Assembly (NCBI GenBank): GCA_016786465.1
Contig: JAEUWC010000029.1
Location: 82,363 to 146,362 of the forward strand
Source: Bdellovibrionales bacterium
GTDB lineage: Bacteria > Bdellovibrionota > UBA1018
Direction: 5' to 3'
Length of the DNA stretch: 64,000 nucleotides
In this document: in pieces, positions 46,774-56,952 of the stretch
Numbering within the stretch: position 1 is the first letter of the stretch
Layout of the letters: every line of letters begins with the position of its first letter
Program-made: the position numbers and the translations under genes
Notes under the pieces: model-generated
The model's input: the letters and a program-made list of their open reading frames with translations, nothing else
The model's database searches: none
What the model was told of the DNA's origin: nothing

Positions 46774-48165
46774 TTACGTAAGCCATTCGCCCCGCGGTTT
46801 GCGGGCGATGTATTTTCCAAATCCCTTTTGAATCGCGACTTTTCCGTCATCAATGGCAACCGTGCCCCGAAGCAAAACGGTGCGACACTTGCCCGTCACA
46901 TCCCAGCCTTCATAAGCGTTGTAATCGCAATTCATGTGGCGGGTCTTTGCACGGATCGTGTGCTTTTTTAACGGATCGAAAATCACGATGTCGGCATCGC
47001 TACCGACTGCGATCGTTCCCTTTTTCGGAAACATCCCGAAAATTTTCGCTGGGGCCGTCGCAGTCACTTCCACGAACTTGTTTAGACTGATGCGGTTTTT
47101 AAGCACGCCTTCAGAAAACATCAGTTCCATCCGGTCTTCGACTCCGGGGGCTCCGTTAGGAATTTTTGAAAAATCGTTTTCGCCCATTCGCTTTTGATCC
47201 ATGCAAAACGGGCAGTGATCGGTGGCGACGACTTCGACCAAGTTCTGATTGATGCCGGCCCAAAGGGCTTCCTGGTCTTTTTTCTTGCGAATCGGTGGCG
47301 ACATCACGTACTTCGCCCCACCAAAATTTTTTTGTTCGTAAACCGAATCGTCCAAAAGCAAGTACTGCACGCAGGTTTCGACAAAAACCTTCTGATTTCG
47401 TTTTGTTCCTTCGCGAACGCGTTCCAAAGCTTCTTCGCAAGTCATGTGAACGATGTACAAAGGATGGCCACCGTAGTGGGCCAGGTCCATCACGCGCCCC
47501 GTGGCTTCAGCTTCCACAATCGGGGGCCTAGAAAGCGGGTGGTACTTGGGCGTCAGATTTCCCTTGGCGCGATTTTCGGCAATCAACGTGTCGACCAGAT
47601 CGCCGTTTTCCGCGTGGGTAGTGACCAACGCTCCAAATTTCGACGTTTCATCCAAAAGTCCGATGATCTGACGATCGTCAATCATCAGTGCGCCTTTGTA
47701 CGCCATGAAAGATTTAAAGCTGGTCACGCCTTGCTTCTGAACCAGGTCTTTGATTTCAGATCGGGTCTTTGGGTTGAAATCAGTCACAGCGACGTGAAAG
47801 GCGTAATCACCATAGACCTTGCCTTGGGCTTTTTCCTGCCAGGCATTGTACGCGGCATTCAGCGTATCGCCCTGCTTTTGAATGGCAAAATCGATGATGG
47901 TTGTGGTTCCGCCATGCAGTCCCGCCAATGTCCCCGTTTCAAAATCATCGCTGGCTTTCGTGCCCATGAAAGGAAGTTCCATGTGCGTGTGCGCATCGAT
48001 TCCACCTGGGAAAAGATAGCAGCCCTTTGCGTCGATGGTTTGATCAGCCTTCATCGGCAAATCCGCGCCGATGGCTTTTACTTTTTCACCTTCGATATAG
48101 ACGTCCGCTTTTTGAATATCCGACGCCGTAACGACAGTTCCGTTTTTAATTAAGATCGATGACAT
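46774..48165 (-). CDS. Dihydropyrimidinase / D-hydantoinase
   Basis: 463 aa. Contains GGIDAHTHMELPFMG and a carboxylated-Lys context FKSFMAYK. Cyclic amidohydrolase family. Confidence 0.85.
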   Translation of the reverse strand: MSSILIKNGTVVTASDIQKADVYIEGEKVKAIGADLPMKADQTIDAKGCYLFPGGIDAHTHMELPFMGTKASDDFETGTLAGLHGGTTTIIDFAIQKQGDTLNAAYNAWQEKAQGKVYGDYAFHVAVTDFNPKTRSEIKDLVQKQGVTSFKSFMAYKGALMIDDRQIIGLLDETSKFGALVTTHAENGDLVDTLIAENRAKGNLTPKYHPLSRPPIVEAEATGRVMDLAHYGGHPLYIVHMTCEEALERVREGTKRNQKVFVETCVQYLLLDDSVYEQKNFGGAKYVMSPPIRKKKDQEALWAGINQNLVEVVATDHCPFCMDQKRMGENDFSKIPNGAPGVEDRMELMFSEGVLKNRISLNKFVEVTATAPAKIFGMFPKKGTIAVGSDADIVIFDPLKKHTIRAKTRHMNCDYNAYEGWDVTGKCRTVLLRGTVAIDDGKVAIQKGFGKYIARKPRGEWLT

Positions 48166-48181
48166 TCTTCGGGTCCTCGGG

Positions 48182-49639
48182 TTACCAAACGTTCGAATCC
48201 GACAGCCAACGTTCGGTCACGATTTTTTCGTCCGTGAAGAACTGAACCGAAGCCGCGCCGTGCGCCTTGATGTCGCCAAAGAAAGATTCCTTGGATCCGC
48301 CAAAGCTGAAGAACGACATCGGGGCAGGAACGCCGATGTTGATTCCGATCATGGCCGGAGCAATTTCATTGCAGAACTTGCGTGCAGCTGGGCCACTGGA
48401 AGTGAAAAGCGTCGTGGTGTTGGCCAGGGGTCCGGCGTTCACCCACGCAATCGCTTCATCAAAAGTCTTCACCTTGGCCAAAAGAACCACTGGACCAAAG
48501 ATTTCTTCCTGCGCCACCCGCATTTTCGCAGTCACATCTGCGATCACGGTGGGCTTTAGGAAAAACCCCGGCATCTTTTCTACGCCTTTGCGGCCATCCA
48601 AAAGAATGCGTGCGCCTTCTTTTTCGGCCGATTCAATCAATCCAATGATTCGGTCCTTGGATGCTTGCGAAATCACCGGGCCCATTTGAACCCCGGGGTC
48701 CATTCCGTCACCGACTGAAATATCCGAAGCGGCAGGAACCATCTTCGCTTTCACGGTTTCGTAAGTTTCGTCGCCCACGCAGACCACGACCGAACCCGCC
48801 AGGCAGCGTTCACCGGCGCAGCCGATGATCGATTCCAAAGCGGTCGCAACCGACTTGTCCATCACTGCGTCTGGCAAAACGACCATGAAGTTCTTTGCGC
48901 CGCCCAGGGCCTGAACGCGTTTTCCATGCTTCGAACCGGTTTCGTAAACGTACTTGGCAACCGGGGTTGAACCGACGAAATTTAAGCCCTTAATGTCGGG
49001 GTGGGTGCAAAGCGCTTGAACGACTTCTTTTCCACCGTGAACCAAGTTCATCACGCCCTTAGGCAGACCGGTCTTTTCGATCAGGTCAAAAATCAGTTTC
49101 TGGGTCATCGGCACGCGTTCAGACGGTTTCAGCACATAGGTGTTTCCGGAAGCGATGGCGAAGGGCCAGAACCAGAAAGGAACCATGGCAGGGAAATTGA
49201 ACGGAGCGATCCCGGCAAATACCCCCATCGGCTGGCGAATGGTCTTGCAGTCGATTCCACGCGCGATGTCTTCCGAAAATTCTCCTTTTTGAAAGGTCGG
49301 CATTCCCACTGCCGTGTCGATCATCTGAATTCCGCGCTTCACGCTGGCCTTGGCTTCGACAAAGGTCTTGCCGTGTTCGGTGGTCACGCATTTGGCCAGT
49401 TCGTCGACATTCGCTTCAAGCAGGGCCTTTAGTTTAAAAAGGTACTGAACGCGTTCGATGGCTGGAACGTTTTTCCAAGTCGTAAAAGCTGCCTTAGCCG
49501 CAGCCACTGCGCGGTTCACGTCTTCGCTGCTTCCCATCGGGCAGCTTGCGATTTCTTTGCCGTTAGCGGGGTTCACAATCGGAACCGAAGCTTTGGCCAG
49601 TGAAGAAACCCATTTCCCATCAATATAGTCCTGAAGCAT
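48182..49639 (-). CDS. mmsA: CoA-acylating (methyl)malonate-semialdehyde dehydrogenase
   Basis: 485 aa of the ALDH fold. Contains FNFPAMVPFW and CLAGS (catalytic Cys). The C-terminus FFTDEKIVTERW is typical of MMSDH. Confidence 0.8.
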   Translation of the reverse strand: MLQDYIDGKWVSSLAKASVPIVNPANGKEIASCPMGSSEDVNRAVAAAKAAFTTWKNVPAIERVQYLFKLKALLEANVDELAKCVTTEHGKTFVEAKASVKRGIQMIDTAVGMPTFQKGEFSEDIARGIDCKTIRQPMGVFAGIAPFNFPAMVPFWFWPFAIASGNTYVLKPSERVPMTQKLIFDLIEKTGLPKGVMNLVHGGKEVVQALCTHPDIKGLNFVGSTPVAKYVYETGSKHGKRVQALGGAKNFMVVLPDAVMDKSVATALESIIGCAGERCLAGSVVVCVGDETYETVKAKMVPAASDISVGDGMDPGVQMGPVISQASKDRIIGLIESAEKEGARILLDGRKGVEKMPGFFLKPTVIADVTAKMRVAQEEIFGPVVLLAKVKTFDEAIAWVNAGPLANTTTLFTSSGPAARKFCNEIAPAMIGINIGVPAPMSFFSFGGSKESFFGDIKAHGAASVQFFTDEKIVTERWLSDSNVW

Positions 49640-49727
49640 GCGAGACCTCCTTGGTATCGGTCAGCCTTAAAATTCGAGCGGAATAAAAAGACTTAGCCGA
49701 TTCCAGGGGCTGGGACAAAGCGAAATT

Positions 49728-50720
49728 TCAAAGGTTTTCTAAGCCGATGATGCGATAGGTCACCGAAAGGCCCAAAAGAAGCGACGAAAAGTGAAAGGAC
49801 GAACTCTTTTCTAGCGAAAGCGTGCTGACTCGAAGCTGATATCCCAGCTTCTTTTCCGGTGGGTGACAGGTCGCTTGCAGATAAAGATGGGACCCTGCGA
49901 CGCTAAGGGAAAATCCGTTCAAAAGCGGAGTCGCTCCGACGCGAAATTCAACAGGCCAACCTTGCGCTGGCGCCCACTGGGGCAATTCAACCCAGAACCA
50001 GGGATAGAAAAGCGGTTCATGTCCAAAAGTTCCGCTGGTCGATAGTGAACGGTACTGAATCCCCACCAGCACGGGACGATTCAAAACAGAAAAAGAATAT
50101 CCCGCTGCACCTTCAAGCACCCCCACTGACCCTGGGGCGAAACGAAGTTCTGCGTGAATTTTTTTTAAGGAAGCCAAAACGGCGGCTTGAGGTTGAAAGC
50201 CAGAAAACTGGTCCAAACTGTCGCTGTAAGAATTTTGCAGCAGGCCAGCGGATGCGACGAATGCCAATCCACTGGGTTCGGACTTAGGACCTGTGGACGG
50301 ATGTGCTGATGGAACTGAAGACGGGCTGGGTGAAGGTTCGGGTGAAGGCGATGGGCTGATTTCAGGAACAGGCCCGACGCTGATTTTTTCTGATTTCGTT
50401 TCACCTGTTGCGCCATCGACCAGTTTGAATTCAAGGTCTGCTTTTTTTCCAACTTCGATCTTGAACTTGCCTTCGGCGTCCATGGAAACAGGTTCGCCAT
50501 CAACAATCAGCGTCGCCGACGCGTCCTTGGATTGACCTTCCAAAGATCGACCGTCTTTTGAAATCTTCAATTCCAGCTGAGAAAGGGGGGCATTCTGGCT
50601 TCGGATCACTTGACGCGTTTCCGAATCGTCACCGGCTGCCCAAGGTAGCGATAGAACGAAGAAAACGGTCAAAAAAAGTCCGGAATTTCGCAATTCCTTA
50701 ACGATTAAAGAAAACCCCAT
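49728..50720 (-). CDS. Secreted protein with Ig-like N-domain, PS-rich linker and beta-rich C-domain, hypothetical
   Basis: 330 aa. An N-terminal hydrophobic segment is followed by the linker SPSPSPEPSPSPSS. Confidence 0.5.
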   Translation of the reverse strand: MGFSLIVKELRNSGLFLTVFFVLSLPWAAGDDSETRQVIRSQNAPLSQLELKISKDGRSLEGQSKDASATLIVDGEPVSMDAEGKFKIEVGKKADLEFKLVDGATGETKSEKISVGPVPEISPSPSPEPSPSPSSVPSAHPSTGPKSEPSGLAFVASAGLLQNSYSDSLDQFSGFQPQAAVLASLKKIHAELRFAPGSVGVLEGAAGYSFSVLNRPVLVGIQYRSLSTSGTFGHEPLFYPWFWVELPQWAPAQGWPVEFRVGATPLLNGFSLSVAGSHLYLQATCHPPEKKLGYQLRVSTLSLEKSSSFHFSSLLLGLSVTYRIIGLENL

Positions 50721-50762
50721 TTATATCAAAAGGATAGCAGGTTTCTTACTAAAGAAAACCCC

Positions 50763-50790
50763 TTGTTGAACCTGACCAAAATGGTAGAAT
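50763..50790 (+). promoter_or_regulatory. Possible sigma70 extended -10 promoter for the giant repeat-protein gene
   Basis: TTGTTG (50763-50768), a 16-nt spacer that includes TG (50782-50783), then TAGAAT (50785-50790). SD GGGGGA precedes the GTG at 50846. Confidence 0.35.
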
Positions 50791-50845
50791 GTTAAAAGAA
50801 AGTTAAAGGGTGCTTTAATCTTTTCGAAAAGATTCTGGGGGAACA

Positions 50846-53800
50846 GTGCTTCGAATTCGGGATTTTCCGGTCACAAAAACGCTTGCTAGCTTGACCGCTT
50901 TGGTCAGCTTTGCTGCTTGCACCAGCGGCGGGGGCCCAGCCGTTCCCGTGGGCGGACTTCCAGGAACGAACCCAGCGACGGTGATTCCTACCCCGGCGAC
51001 GCCGATCATTACAGTTCCAGCCACTAGCCCCGCGTTAAACAATCAAACCAGCCTGACCCTTTCGGGAACTTGTACTTCTAGCCTTACGGTTTTTCTTTCG
51101 GGCGACGACACCCAGAACGTGATCTGCGCTTCAGGAAGCTTCAGTTTCACGATCCCAGAATCAGTCGATGGAATTTACAACTATCAGTTGGTTGAAAAAA
51201 ATTCTTTGGGCCAGACTTCGGCTGCGGCCACTCAGATTTGGAATCGCGACACAGCGGCACCTTCGACGCCAACCCTGACCGTTCCCGCTTCAAACCCCTT
51301 TGTTTCAGGCGACACGGTCCTAACGATTTCGGGCGCATGCGAAACCGGAGCCACCGTCAATCTTTCAGGCGATACCATCAGCACCCAAACTTGCACGGCA
51401 AGTGCTTACAGCTTCACTTCGACCAAGTCCGTCGATGCCACTTACAACTATTCAATCGCGCAAACGGATCCTGCCGGAAATACTTCTGGCGCTTTAGCGT
51501 TTCAGTGGACGCGAAACAGCGCAATTCCCCCTACCCCAGTGGTCACGACCCCATCGACGAACCCGTTTTACGGTTCAAGCGCCAATTTGACGATTGCAGG
51601 AACCTGCGTAAACGGAAACACCGTCAAACTTTCGGGCGACAGCACGCAGAACATGGTCTGCTCGGGCAGCGCGTTTAGTTTCAACGTCAATAAGCCAAGC
51701 GACGCGACCTACAATTTTTCAATCCTTCAGACGTCGGTGGCTTTGGTGGATTCGGCTTCGGCTACGCTTCAATGGACCAAAGATTCAGTGGCACCTGCGT
51801 TGGTCGTAGTGACGACCCCTGCAAGCAGTCCGATCAGTACCGCCCTGACCACGCAAGTGATTTCCGGAACCTGCGAAAACGGAGCAACGGTTGCCATCAG
51901 TGGTTCGATGACCGGTTCCCAAGTCTGCTCGGGTTCGGCGTTTAGCTTCACGGCATCGCCCGGTGCGGATGGAACATTCAATTACACTTTGAAGCAAACC
52001 GACCTGGCCCTGAATAATTCGGGGAACACCAACATTCAATGGACGCGCGACACTAGCATTCCGTCGACCCCAGTCATCACTTCGCCCGCATCAACGCCTT
52101 TCTATTCAAACGCGGGATCGGTGACGATTTCCGGAACCTGCTCCACAGGACTGAACGTCAAGCTTGCGGGCGCATCCACGCAAAACATGACCTGTTCAGG
52201 TGGCGCCTTTAGTTTCAACGTTCCTAAGGGAACCGACGGAACTTATGCGTTCTCGGTTTCACAGGTGAATGCTGTCTTGACGTCGTCGGCTGCTGCATCG
52301 ATGGATTGGGTCCGCGATACCGTCACGCCTCCGGATCCGACTTTGACCATGCCAGGTTCCAACCCTTTTATTTCAGGCGGAAGTTCAGTCACCATCGGTG
52401 GAAATTGCCAAATCGGCGCAACTGTTTCCATCAGCGGCGATCTGGTTTCTTCAACCCCATGTTCGACGGGAACCTATTCGTTTGTTTCCAATCAATCGGT
52501 CGATGCAACTTACAGCTACACGATCTTGCAAACCGACCTGGCCGGAAACGCTTCCAGCGGATTTCTTTTCCAGTGGGCGCGCGACAACTCGCTTCCTCCG
52601 ACCCCAGTTTTGACTTCGCCGTCTTCGAACCCTTATTACAGCCAAGGCGGTAGCCTGACGATTGCTGGAAGCTGCGTGGACGGAAATACCGTCTATGTCA
52701 CGGGTGATTCGACACAAAACGCAGTCTGTGCGTCCAGTTCGTTTAGCTTCAACGTTTCTAAATCGGATGGCACTTACAACTTTTCGATTTACCAACAAAG
52801 CGCTTCTTTAATTGATTCGGGTTCGGTTGCTTTGACCTGGGTCCGCGATTCAGTCGCACCTTCACCGATCATTTTAACAACGCCTTCGTCATCGCCGTAC
52901 CTTTCAGGAAACGCAACACTGGTCATGTCTGGAACCTGCGAAACCGGAGCAACCGTCAACTTGACCGGAAGTTCGACGCAAAACCAAATCTGCGTGGGAT
53001 CCGCATTCAGTTTCAATTATTCGCCGGGCGCTGATGGAACCTATAACTTCACGCTGAAACAAACCGATTTGGCATCCAACCAGTCATCGGCAGTTGCGCT
53101 TCAATGGATTCGCGATTCGGCCGTTCCTTCAAGCCCCTTGGTCTTGGTTCCTTCTACAAATCCTTACTATTCAAGCGCGGGTTCCTTGACCATTTCAGGA
53201 AACTGCACAACGGGTTACACCGTCAGCCTAAGTGGTGCGGACACCCAGTCGATGACCTGTGCTTCCAGCGCCTTTAGTTTCAACGTCACAAAGTCCACCG
53301 ACGCGACTTACAATTTTAATGTGATCCAAACGAATCCAGCCAATATGGCCGATTCCGCGCCAGCGGCTGTCAGCTGGATTCGCGACACCGTCATTCCTTC
53401 GTCCGTGGTCTTGGCTTCGACCAGTCCTTCCACGCAACCTTCTTCAACCCAGGCTCCAAAGATTCTGGGAACCGCAGACGCAGGCACGACAGTTCGCTTG
53501 TATTTGACCAATAATTGCTCGGGTGGAATTTCTGCAACCGGTTCGGCGGCAACCTTGGCTTCACCCGGAATTTCATTGACCGTTACGGCGCAAGCGACCA
53601 GTTCGATTTCATCTGATTCAGTCGACGCCGCCGGCAACGTTTCCGCTTGTTCAAACGTATTGACCTATCAGCATCGTTCCATTCAATTGATATCGGACAT
53701 CCGATCAACCGCGGGTGACAGTTCAAGCCCAAGCAACATGATCGTGATGGGTGGTTCGACGATGTACTTCCGCGCCAACGACGGGATCCTGGGTGCAGAA

Positions 53801-56305
53801 CTTTGGAAAACCGACGGATCGGTCGCAGGAACTGTCTTGGTCAAAGACATCAATCCATCCGGCGATTCCAACCCTGCGACGCCAGTCGCAGTCGGAAGTA
53901 CTTTTTATTTCGCAGCCGATGACGGAACTAACGGCACGGAACTTTGGAAATCTGATGGAACCGCAGCCGGCACCGTCATGGTTGCCGACATCGCTTCGGG
54001 CGGAGCATCGTCCAGCCCGACTTTGCTGACCGTCGTTGGCACGAATGTCTTCTTTGTCGCAGATGATGGCGTCAACGGTGCTGAACTTTGGGTCACCGAC
54101 GGCACCACGACCACGATGCTTGCAGATATCGGACCTGGATCGGCTTCAGGCACCGTGACACTTCTCACGGCGATGGGTGGAAATCTTTATTTTTCAGCCA
54201 ATGATACCGTCAATGGGACCGAACTTTGGAAGTCCGACGGAACGCCTGGCGGCACGGCACTGCTGAAAGACATCAACCCAGGCGCAGGAAACGGCACGCC
54301 GACATCTTTGACCGCGATGGGTGGCGCTCTTTATTTTGCAGCCAACGAAGCAACCAATGGGACCGAACTATGGAAATCGGATGGAACCACGGGCGGTACG
54401 GCGATTCTTAAGAACATCCGGGCGGGTACTGCTAGTTCATCGCCCACCAATTTCGTCGTCATGAATGGAACAACACTTTTGTTTTCCGCAAACGATGGTA
54501 CCGGCGCAGAACTTCATCAAACTGACGGAACCCTTGCCGGAACGGCATTGGTGAAGAATATCAACACAACCACCGGAACCGCGTCCAGCAGCCCAGCCAA
54601 TATGCGCGACAGCGGGTCGGGCTTTATTTACTTCACGGCTAACGACGGCGTGAACGGGCTTGAACTTTGGAAGTCCGACGGAACCAGCGGTGGAACCACG
54701 CTGATCAAGGACCTGTATACGGGCGCAACCGGCATGACCGTTTCTGCAGCGACCGTCACCGTTCAAAATGGCAAGTACCTGTGGCGCTGCACGATTGATG
54801 CGACCGCTGGCGCCGAAACTTGCTACAGCGACGGAACTTCGGGCGGAACTTATCGTCTGATTGATTCCAATGCGGGCATTGGAAACGGAAACGGAACCAG
54901 CTTCACTTACTTAAATGGTTCGTACTTCTTTTCGGCCATGAATACGACCAAGGGTACGGAAATGTTTAAATCCGATGGAACGCCGGGCGGAACGGCCATA
55001 CTGACGGACCTGAACGCACTTTCAAGTTCGGGCCTGGCTCAAATGGTTTGGCTGCCTACCGGAATCGCCGTTTTTTCAGCCAACGATGGCGTCAATGGCG
55101 CCGAACTTTGGAAGACCAACGGATCGGGCGCTGGCACGGCCAACGTAAAAGACATTAACCCAGGCGCTGGAATTGGATCCGGCATCACCAACATGACCGT
55201 ATCCGGAAACTTCGGATTCTTTTCAGCCAACGACGGAACCAACGGTCAAGAACTTTGGGTCACCGACGGTAGCAACGGCGGAACCGTTCTTTTGAAGGAC
55301 ATCAATCCGGGTTCGCTGAATTCAAGCCCCGGAAACCTAAAAGACGTGAACGGTACGCTTTTCTTTAGCGCCGCCGACACCGGAAGCACGAACTGTTCGG
55401 GCGCGGCTTGCGGAACGGAACTTTGGAAATCCGATGGAACGATCGCAGGCACCGTCCTGGTCAAAGACATTCGCACAGGCGCCGGAAGCAGCAGTTCGCC
55501 ATCGAACCTAGTGAACTTTGGCGGAACGCTTTTCTTTTCGGCTAGCGACGGCACGAATGGAACCGAACTTTGGAAGTCCGACGGAACTTCAGCTGGCACG
55601 GTCATGGTTTCAAATATCAATGCGGGAAGCGCCAATAGCTCTCCACAACAAATGATGGTCGTGGGGTCTACCCTTTACTTCAGCGCAGTCACTTCAGCTG
55701 CGGGTCGCGAACTGTGGAAGACCGATGGAACCGGCGGCGGTACCGTCTTGGTGAAGGACATTGAATCCGGAACAGGCAATTCTACCCCAACCAACATGAC
55801 GGCTGTTGGATCAAACCTTTTCTTTACAGCAACGACCGTGGCCAGCGGAACTGAACTTTACGTTTCAGATGGAACTTCGGGCGGAACGGTCATGGTGAAG
55901 GAAATTCGTGCGGGTGCCGCTGGCTCAAGTCCAGGCAGCTTGGTCGCCATGGGCGGAAAACTTTATTTTTCAGCCAACGACGGTGTGAATGGCGCCGAAC
56001 TTTGGACTTCCGACGGAACTTCTGCAGGCACCGTGATGGTGAAAAACATCCGAGCCGGTTCCGGATCCAGCAGTCCTTCTAATTTCCGCGTGATCGGCTC
56101 GATTCTTTACTTCCAAGCGAACAACGGCGTAAACGGCAACGAATTGTGGCGATCAGATGGAACCGCAGCCGGAACATTCATGGTTCAAGACATGAATCCA
56201 ACAGGCAACGGATCACCCGGAAACATGACAGACGCCGGAGCAACCGGAACTTTGATCTTCTCAGTGAACAACGGAACCATCGGAACCGAGCTGTACATGT
56301 ACTGA
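50846..56305 (+). CDS. Giant surface lipoprotein with ~10 Ig-like modules followed by ~17 ELWxxDGT repeats
   Basis: 1819 aa with a GTG start. Lipobox SFAACTS. Nine ~89-aa two-Cys modules plus one variant module. These are followed by repeated (A/T)ELWKSDGTxxGT units. Confidence 0.85.
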   Translation: MLRIRDFPVTKTLASLTALVSFAACTSGGGPAVPVGGLPGTNPATVIPTPATPIITVPATSPALNNQTSLTLSGTCTSSLTVFLSGDDTQNVICASGSFSFTIPESVDGIYNYQLVEKNSLGQTSAAATQIWNRDTAAPSTPTLTVPASNPFVSGDTVLTISGACETGATVNLSGDTISTQTCTASAYSFTSTKSVDATYNYSIAQTDPAGNTSGALAFQWTRNSAIPPTPVVTTPSTNPFYGSSANLTIAGTCVNGNTVKLSGDSTQNMVCSGSAFSFNVNKPSDATYNFSILQTSVALVDSASATLQWTKDSVAPALVVVTTPASSPISTALTTQVISGTCENGATVAISGSMTGSQVCSGSAFSFTASPGADGTFNYTLKQTDLALNNSGNTNIQWTRDTSIPSTPVITSPASTPFYSNAGSVTISGTCSTGLNVKLAGASTQNMTCSGGAFSFNVPKGTDGTYAFSVSQVNAVLTSSAAASMDWVRDTVTPPDPTLTMPGSNPFISGGSSVTIGGNCQIGATVSISGDLVSSTPCSTGTYSFVSNQSVDATYSYTILQTDLAGNASSGFLFQWARDNSLPPTPVLTSPSSNPYYSQGGSLTIAGSCVDGNTVYVTGDSTQNAVCASSSFSFNVSKSDGTYNFSIYQQSASLIDSGSVALTWVRDSVAPSPIILTTPSSSPYLSGNATLVMSGTCETGATVNLTGSSTQNQICVGSAFSFNYSPGADGTYNFTLKQTDLASNQSSAVALQWIRDSAVPSSPLVLVPSTNPYYSSAGSLTISGNCTTGYTVSLSGADTQSMTCASSAFSFNVTKSTDATYNFNVIQTNPANMADSAPAAVSWIRDTVIPSSVVLASTSPSTQPSSTQAPKILGTADAGTTVRLYLTNNCSGGISATGSAATLASPGISLTVTAQATSSISSDSVDAAGNVSACSNVLTYQHRSIQLISDIRSTAGDSSSPSNMIVMGGSTMYFRANDGILGAELWKTDGSVAGTVLVKDINPSGDSNPATPVAVGSTFYFAADDGTNGTELWKSDGTAAGTVMVADIASGGASSSPTLLTVVGTNVFFVADDGVNGAELWVTDGTTTTMLADIGPGSASGTVTLLTAMGGNLYFSANDTVNGTELWKSDGTPGGTALLKDINPGAGNGTPTSLTAMGGALYFAANEATNGTELWKSDGTTGGTAILKNIRAGTASSSPTNFVVMNGTTLLFSANDGTGAELHQTDGTLAGTALVKNINTTTGTASSSPANMRDSGSGFIYFTANDGVNGLELWKSDGTSGGTTLIKDLYTGATGMTVSAATVTVQNGKYLWRCTIDATAGAETCYSDGTSGGTYRLIDSNAGIGNGNGTSFTYLNGSYFFSAMNTTKGTEMFKSDGTPGGTAILTDLNALSSSGLAQMVWLPTGIAVFSANDGVNGAELWKTNGSGAGTANVKDINPGAGIGSGITNMTVSGNFGFFSANDGTNGQELWVTDGSNGGTVLLKDINPGSLNSSPGNLKDVNGTLFFSAADTGSTNCSGAACGTELWKSDGTIAGTVLVKDIRTGAGSSSSPSNLVNFGGTLFFSASDGTNGTELWKSDGTSAGTVMVSNINAGSANSSPQQMMVVGSTLYFSAVTSAAGRELWKTDGTGGGTVLVKDIESGTGNSTPTNMTAVGSNLFFTATTVASGTELYVSDGTSGGTVMVKEIRAGAAGSSPGSLVAMGGKLYFSANDGVNGAELWTSDGTSAGTVMVKNIRAGSGSSSPSNFRVIGSILYFQANNGVNGNELWRSDGTAAGTFMVQDMNPTGNGSPGNMTDAGATGTLIFSVNNGTIGTELYMY
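50978..53400 (+). repeat. Nine tandem ~267-bp coding repeats (Ig-like modules, each with two conserved Cys)
   Basis: Consensus NPFxSxxxxLTISGTCxxGxTVxLSGDSTQNxxCxxSAFSFNxxKxxDxTYNFSxxQTDxAxNxSxxxxxQWxRDxxxPxxP, repeated 9 times. Confidence 0.8.
53680..56302 (+). repeat. ELWxxDGT repeat array (~50-aa units, probable beta-propeller blades)
   Basis: Units include AELWKTDGS, TELWKSDGT (several), AELWVTDGT, LELWKSDGT, QELWVTDGS, RELWKTDGT, TELYVSDGT, AELWTSDGT and NELWRSDGT. Confidence 0.8.
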
Positions 56306-56419
56306 TTTTCCAAACGCAAGTGGTGCCAAGCCGCTCCTAGTGCCGCTTTCCCCATGCAGATCGCGCGGCGGATCATTTTTTAACTCATTGATATTGGGTC
56401 TGTTTTTATAAAATCTCTC

Positions 56420-56689
56420 TTGGCATGCGACATGCTCCTTGGCGCCCTATCTATGCCCATGGATTTGCAGAAAGCGCACCGCCGTCGGAACCCTTCTTGG
56501 GTTCGCGAGGCCCTGATCTGGGTCTTGGGTTCCGCACTTTTATTTGCGGGACTTTGGGGGCTGATCCATTGGAATCTTGACGCTATGCCCCCAAAAAGCG
56601 GTGTCGTTTTGACGCCAAGCGATAACGGCCGGGAATCTTCAAAAGCATCGCAGTCTTCGCCGGTTCGCGAAACACAGTCCGAAAACTGA
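56420..56689 (+). CDS. Small single-TM protein, hypothetical (weak call)
   Basis: 89-aa ORF with a TTG start; in-frame ATGs lie at 56432, 56453 and 56459. RRRNPSWVREALIWVLGSALLFAGLWGLIHW looks like an N-in TM helix. No convincing SD. Confidence 0.3.
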   Translation: MACDMLLGALSMPMDLQKAHRRRNPSWVREALIWVLGSALLFAGLWGLIHWNLDAMPPKSGVVLTPSDNGRESSKASQSSPVRETQSEN

Positions 56690-56928
56690 TTTTAATTCAA
56701 AGGGTTAGAGCGTCCTTAGATCACCCAGGCACATCCTTGTCGAGCAGCTCTGGTTGCGGGTCTTCGGCTATTTTTCGGTGGCACTGAATCTGCATTCTTA
56801 GATTCTGTCCGCGGTCCTAGGGAAGTGTTGAAGCAGTACGTTTGTGATGGGGAAGGACCCGGAACCCGCAAAAACCCACCTTTCAATCCGCCTTCAGACT
56901 TCGGTCTGTCATTCGCCGGGTCCGCTGC

Positions 56929-56952
56929 AAAGCCGACCCGGCTTTTCTTTAT
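56929..56952. terminator. Hairpin plus T-tract, candidate intrinsic terminator in a convergent gap
   Basis: AAAGCCG-ACC-CGGCTTT followed by TCTTTAT on the plus strand. The stem is short (7 bp) with a 3-nt loop. Lies 16 nt beyond the rsmB stop. Confidence 0.4.

Noticed and set aside
50978-53400. Regular ~267-bp periodicity considered as a possible CRISPR-like or satellite array
   Set aside because: The repeats are in-frame coding modules of one long ORF with conserved Cys and aromatic positions. There are no short direct repeats with unique spacers.
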